Origin: Tilletiaria anomala UBC 951
Lineage: Eukaryota
Reading direction: 5' to 3'
Assembly: GCF_000711695.1 (NCBI RefSeq)
Contig: NW_013547018.1
Span: 248,001-312,000, forward strand
Length of the DNA stretch: 64,000 nt
Positions 25,751 to 35,918 of the stretch are shown piece after piece (the first letter of the stretch is position 1; each line of letters opens with the position of its first letter). Position numbers and translations under genes: made by a program. The notes below the pieces were generated by a model, which saw nothing but the letters and a program-made list of their open reading frames with translations, was not told the origin of the DNA and ran no database searches.

Positions 25751-26179
25751 CTTGTCACGCTGTAACCTGGATCAGACCAACAGCTCGCTTATAGCGGCTC
25801 AGGTCACACTCCCGTGTGATCTTTTGCGTCAAAAGGTCAAATCGATACGCTAATATGGAATGGGAAGTGGCCATGCGGCGCCAGGCTAGTGCCGTCAGGC
25901 AAGGTGTGGCAGTCGAAAGGCGGGATTTACGTGAAGCATTGTCCAAATTCGCGAATCGGGGCAGGCTGGAGCCCGTAAATATTGTAGTTTCATTCTGCGC
26001 CCGGAGCGCCTCGGCGAGCGTTGAGCTGGCTGGCAAGTGCTCACCCATCTTCCTGCAGCCGAAACAGAGACTTTGAACATGCGCTTCTCAACCTTGGTAG
26101 CTTGAAATGCTGCTAGGAGTCTCACGAAAAGCTACCCGGCCCTATCCTGTTGTCGACAATACGGAAAGCTAGCGTCAAA

Positions 26180-27052
26180 ATGATGGCCACACGTACCGTT
26201 GCTGTTGACTTTGCCAAGGTCTACTCTTCCTTGCAGCTTGGCAGGCAAACCGTGTCTGGCCTCCAGGCCTTCCGGAAGAGGGCTGACGATGCCCGCCGTC
26301 AGCTCAACCAACTCAAGGCTGAGAGGACTGACATCGACTTTGCTCACTACAAGGCTCTCTTGAAGGTGAGCTGGCTGCCATATCGAAACAGCTGTCGTCT
26401 AAGACCAGCGCCGGGAGAACGTCTTGGAAGGATCTCTCAATTCACCATGATCACACCCACTTTCCTCCCATTTCCCCTGATTCTTCCAGAACCAAGACGT
26501 CGTAAACCAGGCTGAGAAGATCCTGAAAGACTTCAAGCCCGTCACATACGATGTCGCTGCCCACTTGAAGGCAATTGACGCCTTCGAGGCCAAGGCTGTG
26601 AGTTGAAGGGCCGGCAGATGGATGGAGTGCTCTGATGTTGTCAGGAACAACGCACCCACAAGGGCATGACTCAACATCGATCCTTCCGCGATGACGCTTT
26701 TCCTCCGCCAGATTTGGATGCTTACTTTGGCATGAATTCTTTGACTGCAGGTTGAGCAAGCACAAGAAACAGCGGCAAAGATCGAGTCTGAACTCAAGGA
26801 CCTCAGGGCAACGCTCAAGAACATCGAGGACGCCCGGCCATTTGACCAGCTCACCACCGACGAGGTCATCGCTGCTAGGCCAGAGATTGGAAAGACAGTC
26901 GAGGAGATGGTCAAGAAGGGCAAGTGGGAAACGCCAGGATACACGGAGAAGTTCGGCAGTGAGTTTGGCTGGCGCTTTGCCTCACTAGGCCACTACCTTG
27001 GCGTTATATTGATAGCCCTCTCTTTGACCTCACAGACCTCAGCGCGATCTAA
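26180..27052 (+). CDS. ATP7: Mitochondrial ATP synthase subunit d (4 exons)
   Basis: MATRTVAVDFAKVYSSL..LQAFRKR, IDFAHYKALLKNQDVV, TYDVAAHLKAIDAFE, NIEDARPFDQLT, KGKWETPGYTEKFGNLSAI*. Confidence 0.95.
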
Positions 27053-27331
27053 GACGTATCATAGACATTTCACTCGCTGTATTCAGGATGAACCCAGACA
27101 AGGCTATGCGTTCGACCAGCGGGGGTGACCGGATCCGAGTGAGGAGTCAGGAGGGCAGGAGGATGATGAATGCTGGAAAGGGACACGCCAGGCCTTCTGT
27201 GCAGTCGCAGATCGCTGCTGATGCTTATACAGTACATGCTGATCATGCATCGAGGTCTTCCATCTTGCACTCTCTATCATACAAGGTCACCTTTCCAAAT
27301 GGATCCGCGAGATCGCGAGTGGACTGTCGCA

Positions 27332-28611
27332 TCAGTCACGCCTCCTAGGAGGTGGTGAGCGACTACGGCTAGGACTAGGTCTTCGGCCACGGCTACTGTC
27401 GCTATCACTGCCACTGTAACTCCGGCTTCGACCACGGCTTCGGATGGGACTGCGACTCCGGCTGTAGCTCCGATCTCTTGCATCACGCCTGGGAGGTGAA
27501 ACAGAACCTTCCTTCATCGAGGCCTCGCGAGCTGGACGCCTGAGAGGCGGCGCGCCTGCCCTGACTCCTCGTGGCGGCGAGTGGGAGCGTGCGGATGAGT
27601 GGGACAGAGATCGAAGACGAGACTTACTTGCGGCGGGACGCGAAGGAAGGTCGCCATCATCGTCGTAGCTCCTAGGTGGCGCTCTTGGTGGCGGTGAAAT
27701 AGGCGAGCGAGAGCGACTGTAACCAGGTGATGGCAAGCGACCGCGGCCACGCCTGTCGCCTCGTCTATCATAATAGTCGCGACTGTCACGATAAGAGAGT
27801 CTGACATTTTGATCGCGCTCGTTGTGGTGGTCGCCCACTTCGCGGTGTGGGGATCTGCCAGCTCGGGGCTGTCGTTGCTCATCGTCGCGCCTTCGGTGTC
27901 TGAGCTCCTGGTCGAACTCCCTCCTCTCTTGCTCGATCCTGCGGCGATCGTCCTCGCGTTCACTCTGCAACCTGCTCCTCTCTGCGCGTTCTTCCTGCTT
28001 GATCTTCCAAGCCTCTCTCCGCTCCTGCTTCTTTCTTTCTTGCAGTTCGTGATTGAAGGCATCACCTTCGTTGTAGTCGGCCCTGATGCCAAGTGTACGA
28101 GCCATCTTCTCCGTCTCCTTGGCCTTTGCCGCAGCAAGTGCATGTACATCTGAAGGCCGGAGAGCTTTTACTTCAGACCTACTTTGTTCGAATGAGCCGC
28201 CCATCGCAGAGCGAGGATTCTCGAGCGCCTCATTCAATGTTTTCCGCAGCATAACGACCTTCTCCTCTATCTCAGCCTCTGGTAAGTCTTTGTCTTCCAG
28301 CTCCATGCGCAGCTCCATGCATCGCACCTCGACTTTGCGCTTGCGCTCATGCTCGAGGATGCCAGCGTCCGGCTTGCGGTCAAGCGAGGAGGACGCTTCC
28401 TTTCGCTTGGAGTCTTCCGAAGAACGTCCGTAGCTGTCATCACGGAAGGACCTAAAAGCGAGACTGCGCTGGATGTAGCCATTGGTACCGCTGCGGACGG
28501 GAATTGTCAAATGACAACATAGACAGTCAGAGGCGTGGTTGAGAATTGACTGCGGATAGCCATTGACGCTTACCTTCCACGAGCCGTTGTGAGTCCCACC
28601 CCGTTATACAT
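27332..28611 (-). CDS. CWC21: Pre-mRNA splicing factor Cwc21/SRRM2-like with RS-rich tail; intron approx. 28573-28491
   Basis: MYNGVGLTTARG/SGTNGYIQRSL N-terminus, ILEHERKRKVEVRCMELR cwf21 domain, and an Arg/Ser/Pro-rich C-terminus. Confidence 0.93.
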
Positions 28612-29056
28612 CTTGACTATCTTTCTTATTCTCTTTTTAGTTGAGCCGATGTCTTGGTTTTCCTCTTTGAAAGTGGCTCTGTCGGCTTGCAGCTAGAGGT
28701 GGATATGCGCTGGAAAGCATGGTGTACGTGTGTGCAAGTAGAAATAGAACGTCGCTGCCATGTAAAGGAAGCTGATCTCGCCCGCATTCAAGAGTTGGTG
28801 ACCAGCTGAGTCACTACTCCAAGGAATAGGGTTGTTTCTCGGTCTTGTGCAGTCTTCCTGAATACCATGTCTACGTCCCGCTCCACATCTCGCAATGCAC
28901 GGTTGCACACGCAGGCAGGACAACAACCCCATCCTCTCGAAGCTCTCGAGATGCTGTCGATGCGACTCGTCAGCATCCAGGGCACCCTGAACGACCGCAA
29001 GCCGACGTACGCTCAACGCGAATCTGCTCGCTGACAAACCCGCGTTTATGCTCAAG

Positions 29057-30012
29057 ATGCCGTTCACAGAGGACAGCCAACTCGACCTGGCGTTCGACCC
29101 TTCGCTAATCCCGCAAGAGATCAAGGATGGGTTGGCTGATGGCTTACATGTGCGTCTATTGTGTGCCTTTCCTTGCATGACGGCGTGAGGAGACCCCGGT
29201 GCCTCACCCAGCTGAGAACAGTGAAGGGTCTTCGGGTGCGTCAAGTGCACTGACACTCTCAAAGGCATGCTGGCTGATGTACCAGTATCCGCCTCCGGCG
29301 CGTGTCCTCGATTTCCATTGCGGGCGTACCACAAGCTGACCATACACGCCCACAAAAACCATGTTCGGCGCGCAATATAACCCCTTCAGATCCGACCCCT
29401 GGCCTCCACAGACTACCAGCGTGGGCATCTCCAGCTTCTCACCGTCCTAACAAAAGTACCCGATCCAGGGGAAGACGAGTGGGTGCAGCGATTCAAGCTA
29501 CAACAATCATCCGCCTCTGCCTCTGGGTCGGCCACATCTCCTGCGCAGTACTACACCATTGCCATCATCAGCCAAGAAACCGACAAGCTCGTCGCGGTCG
29601 GAACCGTCCTGATGGAGTACAAGTTCATCCGAGGGCTAGGGAAAGTCGGGCACATTGAAGACATTGCCGTCGATGCAAACATGCAGGGGAAGAGCCTGGG
29701 GAAGACGATCATCGCTGCGCTCACGGCCGTATCAGAGAAAGCTGGAGCCTACAAGACAATACTGGATTGCAGTGGGGATAACAAGGGTGGGTTGGAACTT
29801 TAGCCTTTTGGATTCAGTATTCACCTACTGATGACAGGTTCGCTGTCGCCCTGTCACCGTCCTACTTTTTGCTTTGGGGGTGTTAGGATTCTACGAGAAA
29901 TGCGGGTACAAGCTAGCAGGCGTGGAGATGGTGAGTCTTGCTTGAATCCGTGCCAAACGTTTACCGCTTACATACTTTCATGGGTTTAATTCAGGCGAAA
30001 TACACTACGTAA
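29057..30012 (+). CDS. GNA1: Glucosamine-6-phosphate N-acetyltransferase (GNAT); introns 29150-29389, approx. 29788-29887 and 29931-29994
   Basis: MPFTEDSQLDLAFDPSLIP.../IRPLASTDYQRGHLQLLTVLT, GTVLMEYKFIRGLGKVGHIEDIAVD..QGKSLG, AYKTILDCS..NKGFYEKCGY. A possible in-frame upstream ATG lies at 29048. Confidence 0.93.
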
Positions 30013-30154
30013 CATTGCCGTCGAAGGCTACCGCTAAGTCCAATAGCGGAACACTGACGGAAAAGATCTCACTGCCTTGCATCATAAGATAAGAATATCC
30101 TCGAGGGTGCGTCATTAGCTGCATTCTCCTGAATAAACCAGTCATGCGTTTGCA

Positions 30155-33100
30155 TTACCGCTGAGCATAAGGACTCGAATAGCGGCCTTGCTGTGCTCCT
30201 TGCTGGCCATACGTGGCGTATGGATCCGCATAACCACCGTATCCACCGCCTTGGGCAGGCTGAACCGGCGCGCCGGGGTAGCCGTATCCGTAAGGCTGCG
30301 CCGGCTGGCCTGGTGCGACAGCCGGGTATCCGCCTCCCGGAACAGCTCCGGCGCTGGCAGCGAAAGGGTATCCGCCCACTGCACCTTGGGCTACGGCTGG
30401 CGAAGAAGGGCGCTGGTACGATTGCTGCGAAGGTGCGCCGTACTGTCCAGGTCCTGGGGCATTCGGGTCGGCATAGCCTCCTGGGCTAGCTGGCGGCGGC
30501 GCCATGCCGCCATAGACACTGTGAGCGTGCGGATGATCGGCTCTACTACCTTGTGCTTGGCCCTGCCCTTGCTGCGCAGCTTCGGTGAAGCCAGAAGTGT
30601 AAGGTGGCGCAGCGTCCGTGTTGCCGCTCGCTTGTGACAGGATCGTCTCGGTTCGCGACATATCCTGCGAGGCGCGCTTGTTGATGTGCAGTGGCGCGAC
30701 GCTGCTCTGGCTCGTCGACATGCCGGAGGTGTCTGCGTTCGGCGCGGAGAGCGTGCCTGTACCTGCACCTTCCACCTGCTGTTGACTGCCGAGTGGCACG
30801 GCGATCGTACCGACGCCGACGTTGGACACTGCTGTCGCGCTTGCGTTGTTAGGCACGACATCGGCTGATGGGAACCCAGCCGCGCTGCCCGGCCGACTTC
30901 CAGCGCCACCACCAGTGCCGGGAGTGTAGTTCAAGTTACCCTGACTGCTCGTGGTGCGCGAGAAGCCCTTCCTGAACGCGCTTGCGGTGACCTTCTTGAC
31001 ATTGTTCGTGTCCTCAGCCGGGAAAGTTGCTGTGCCGGAGGAAGGCGCGGGCGGCGGCAGCGTAGGGCCGCCGTTGCTGCTGTGATTTGTCCCTGGCGCG
31101 GCAGCGCCCGCTGCTGCGGTTGAAACGGCGGATGGGTTGGAGTTGTAGGAAGCATCCGCCGCACCAGTGCCAGCACCAGCACCAGCGAGCGGAGAGCTAC
31201 CCATGTAGGCGCCGTAGCGCGCTAGCATCGCAGAAGACGTCGCACCGCCTTGCGCAGAGCCGGGACGACGGACAGCTTGCTGCGCCGCACGTGTCGAGCC
31301 GACGGATTTGAAGTACTCGTGCAGCGATTCCTCGTCGCTTTGGGCTGGCCGTGGCGCAGATGCTGAGCGTGCTGCGCCTTGAGGCTGCGGCGCAAATGAG
31401 TGCACACCGCTCTCGTACGCCGCAGCGGTACCAGCTGCGGTGGTTGCGGTGGTCGCAGCAACACTTGCGCCGCCGGCCAGAGCGGAGTCAGAGTTCCCTT
31501 GCGACAAGGGCTTGGGCGCAGTACCAGGATCAGTCGACGTGTCGTACGATGGCGCAGGAGTCGATCTAGACGACGTGTCGTTTGCAATGATCGGAACACC
31601 GCCTGTTGTGATCCTTCCGTAGTCCTTGTTGAGCTCCTCCATTGAGTCGCGGCTGTCGTTTACAGCTGTGCTCGGCGCTTGGTGGCCCGGTTGCTGCTGT
31701 GCGGATGAGGAGGACGCCAGCACGGCAGATGCTCCAGTTTCAGGCGTCAGGTGCGCGTCAGTCGAGCCTGCATCTGCACCTGCGCCCACGCCTGTTGCCG
31801 GATCGGCAACCCGCGCAGATACCGATCGCTCTTCTTGGGCATCCTGGCCCGCACCGCTGATAGCACCGAGGGCCTGTCGCCCCCAATCGGCAGCGTTTGC
31901 ATCTGCCGCCGCAGTCGAGTGCTGTGCAGGCGCTGTCGGGCCTGGACCTGCGCCTGACGATGCATTCCAAGTCGCTGGCGACGCGTGGACCGTACTGGCG
32001 CTCGCTTCCTGTTGCTGCTGCTGTTTGTACTCGTCCACCGGGCGGTCGACGCCGAAAAATGCATTCATCTGTGGATCCCAATTGGACTGGGTGTCCGCGT
32101 ACCCGTTGATATTGTTGATATTGTTGTTCTTGCTTCCTAGTGTCCCGCCATAGTCGTACGCATCGTGCGCAGCATCTCCAGTAGCGCTGACTGCAGCTCC
32201 GGTCGGCGGACACGTGAGGGACGGGTACGGGCCCGTCGTGACTTCGCTGGCGCTGAACCGGTGCTGCAGGTGGCTTGGTCGGCCTATCGCTGCTGCTGCT
32301 GCTGCGTCCCCGGGACCACCGGTAGTGGGGCAGTTGATCGGCCGGAAGGCGACGTCCGCAAGGCAGCGGATGCCATCCTGCAGAATCCCCTCGGTGCGGG
32401 ATTCGCCTTGATATACTCTCCGCGGCTGCCCGGGCACGCTCTGCTCGAGGTCCAACTCCTCGAGCATCGCGCCAGCCATCTCTGCCATGACGATCATCTT
32501 CTCGGCGATCTCGACCACGGCGCTGCACTTGAGGCCGAGAGCATCTTTGAAGCTGCGCCGCTTAAAGTCCTCGAGGCCAGCTTCTTCGACGACGACCTCA
32601 TGCGTAAGGCCTCTCATCTCGTTACGCAGCTCCTTGAGCGTTGATGTCGTCTTCATCAGCTCCTTGTTCTCCGGCGACATCTTTGCCAGCTTCTTCTCGA
32701 CCGACTCAATCTTGGACGCTAGGGAGCGCTTGCGCGACTTGAGCTCGGCCAGCATCTCTTCGCGCGTGCGCACCGCCTTGAAGTGCAGGCGAATCGTGGA
32801 GAGGTGCGAGTTGAAGCGTTGCACCGACGACGGATAGGTTTCCCACAGCACTGACACTTTTGATAGAACGTCCTGCGATCGGAAAGAGGAGTGGTCGACC
32901 AAAGCCTACCGGGTCAGTCACCGTACGAGTGAAGGAATCGCGAAAAGCCTCCCAACGAACCCTTAGGTCTTCGCCCTGCTCATTCCCCCAGTTCTTGATG
33001 GCCTCGACATTCTTGCCAAAGTCAGCGCCAGTCTTGGAGTTGTTCTTCATGAACTCCTTTTCGGAGGTGATGACAGCCTGCAGTGACTTGAGGTCTGAGT

Positions 33101-33167
33101 TGCCCATGAGCGACGGCGCAACGGTGTTGTGCGCGATCTGCTGCTGCGCTTTTTTGAGGAACGACAT
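30155..33167 (-). CDS. Pil1/Lsp1-like eisosome BAR-domain protein with a long low-complexity C-terminal tail; one intron near 32960-32873
   Basis: ITSEKEF..WGNEQGEDLRDVLSKV..IRLHFKAVRTREE..EEAGLEDFKRRSFK..EIAEKM..LEELD..VPGQPRRVYQG aligns by eye with the Pil1 core (WG..DD..DV.DK; L...P..PG..R..Y.G). Confidence 0.8.
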
Positions 33168-34398
33168 GGTGGCGCCGTTTTGCGATTCCAATCTTTTTTC
33201 TTCGTTTCCTCCCCTCTTGCGAGAGAAGAGGAAGCCGGAGCAAGGAAAGGGGGGGTTGCAGGAGGGTTGGACGCTCGAAGCGCTCTAGAATGCTTGAAGG
33301 GTTATGGGGCAAGCGCAGAGCCAAGAGGTGGATGCTGTCGCGCCGATGTCCTGTCCACTTGCAGCCTGTTCGCTCAACTGATCGTCTGCAGTTGCAAATG
33401 TGAGCGTATCAGTCGAGCTGGATGTAGGAGGAAGGGCAATGGACGCATTGGCTGGTGGAGATGTTGCAGCAAGCTGGTTTATGCGGGAAAGTATATGTTT
33501 GCCAACTCAAAAGTGTCTCGTGTGCCAGCGACGTCACCGCGCACCGCACACTGCCGCCCTGCCGATCCTCCTCCTTGCCGGCTCCGAGAAAAAGAGAGCT
33601 CTGAATGTGGCCGGAGTTCCGCCCTATGATCTGTCATCTGCGCGTGGACTGTGGCGGTGCAAAGAGTTCACTTATATCCAGTGTATGCTCAGGCCCATGA
33701 CTTTCGCTGTGCTTTTTACAGCCTTCTCACATTCATATTTGGATTGCAGTTGTGAGCGGATCGAGGCGGGGCGACGGGTGTGCACGACAATCAAACAGAT
33801 CAGATGGATTCCGAGTCAAACGAGCAGTGTTTCACATGTGTAAAAACATCCCATACGATTGTCATCTTGTAGCTCTATATATACATTTTGCTGACACAAA
33901 CTTGCTATCGTGGAATCGAGGAGAGCCCAGATGAGATCCGTGATTCCTGATCAGAGGAAGTGGATACATTGACAGATGCAGGAGCGGTTCTGTATCGCGA
34001 GGTTCCGTGAGCTAAAGCGCTACAGTCCGATACGTCGGGCTTTTCCAGTGGAAGGGCTTCACGCCATAGCGGGTGCTGCCAGGCTCGATACCATAGCTGC
34101 TGGAAACGTGTAGCACATGAATGTGATGGCCAAGGGTGACGCGTGTCATGGCTGTTCAAGCAGGCCACGACGCCTTCACCGATGCGGTGAGCTCTGTAAA
34201 TGGGCGCAAAATGTCCACGGCCTCGCAGCGGATTCCACGCGCGGCGAATTCGCGGACGAGCAATGGCCACACCGGCTGCGCGGCCACGCCCACTACTTAC
34301 GTGTAGGCGTGGCCTGGAGTCGCGAGGGTGCGAAGTTAGGTGTCGTTGTGGTGCTGGGACATCCTTCGCGGTCGGCTGCTTGTCAGCTAACGTGACCT

Positions 34399-34929
34399 TC
34401 AGCCACCGTGGAGGGTACTGATGAAGGAAACTTCGTCGCCATCTTGCAACACGTAGCTCGTCTCGCCGTCCAGCTCCCAGTCTACATCGTTAATCAGCAC
34501 CAGGATGCCAGGCCGAACGCCGTTGCCGTCTACATCTACGAACAGCTCTGGCCGCTCGACGATGAGGTTCTGTTTAATGTATTGGATCAAAAACGCCATA
34601 TCTGCCGGCGAGGCAGCATCTTCTTCGTGCTGCTTCTGCTGTAGCGGCGCATCAGATCCTTGGACAGCAGGACCGCCAGGAGCGGTGATGACCGGGGACA
34701 GTAGACTTGGGCCAGTAGCCTTCACTGCGCTCCCGCATGGAGGATGAGCAGGGATTTGCAGGACGTGCCGCTTGGTGTGAGGAGGTGCAGTGAGCAGCTC
34801 TGTGCCTCCTCTGAGAACGAGCATCGCAATCGAAGCACCCCAGCACCGTTTCAGCCCAGACGATCGACACAAGAAGATCAGTGGCTCTCACCCGAATTCA
34901 ATGTTGATCGTCAGAATATTCGAAGACAT
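34399..34929 (-). CDS. URM1: Ubiquitin-related modifier 1; exons 34929-34892 and 34810-34399 (149 aa)
   Basis: [41 protein letters not shown]-terminus. Confidence 0.95.
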
Positions 34930-35918
34930 GGCTCTGACGGCTTAGCGCTCCAACTTCAAGCTGAAAGCAAGACGGTGCCGCTTTGCTGCATGCAGATGTG
35001 GATCATGCGTCCATCCGCTGCGGGCCAGAAGATGTGGTCGAAGGATGGCTTTCCTAGAGGCGTCCGCCTGTGCAGGTTACCGCTGAAGGGGGGGTTGTGT
35101 TGGAATCATGCGTACATATATCGGCCAGGGAAAGCACCAGGAGTGGGTATCCATATCTGAAGTAGGGTTGCTTCCTTTGCAAGAAAAGGAGCACTTTGAC
35201 TGGAGCAGCAGCTTTTGAGTCTGCACCGTTCCATGGTGGTGTGCGACGCTGCGCTCTTCTGGCTGGACGACGAGGACGCAGGCACTGTGACTATGAGCAG
35301 TAGGCTGGGCACCGGGCAAGGCAGGCGGCAGGTCCGCTGTCTTCTTCTCCTTCTTTCCCTCCCGCTCCCGTCTCCTTCGGCGCGGACGACACGCCGCTTC
35401 CCAGCGCTCTCTACTGCTGAGAGGGAGCGATGAGACCACGCACGCACCATCCACGCGAGATGTCTTCACATTGATGCTTTCTTCAATCGTACACACCGGC
35501 ATCGCATCCAAGCACATCCAGCTCACCAATCCACTCTCCCGGACCACGGCTGACTTGCAACAAGGACAGCCCACACTGTTCGGCTCAAAAGGAAACGCAC
35601 AGCGTTGCACAGCAGATACGACGCGACTCACGCGTCCTTCCGGCCCTGGAAGGAGACATCCTCTGCAGCTCTTTGGCGCGCACATCTCTCCTCGTGAGCG
35701 ATTCGATTCGGTTCCACTTCAAGGGCAGACGCTCGCAGGACAGATCACCTCGTTGCTGCTGGTAGGCTTTGAGATTTTGTGCTGAGGCTATTACAACACG
35801 CAAGCGCAGCTGTCGCCAAGATGGTGGGTCGCACACCCGCTTCGTGCAACGAAGCAATCTCGTATGATATCCAGAAGTTTCACTGATGATGTCGCTCGGT
35901 CGCTCCCAGGATCCGCCA

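Noticed and set aside
29185..29290. Canonical TPP riboswitch in the GNA1 intron
   Set aside because: GGTG...CTGAGA is present, but the CTTGATC.GG.TAAT.CC.GCG half is not found at the right position, and GNA1 is not a thiamine gene. Kept only as a generic structured-intron lead.
29832..29856. Hairpin TGACAGG/CCTGTCA masking a CAG in GNA1 intron 2
   Set aside because: That AG is only about 5 nt from the branch adenosine and would be skipped anyway.
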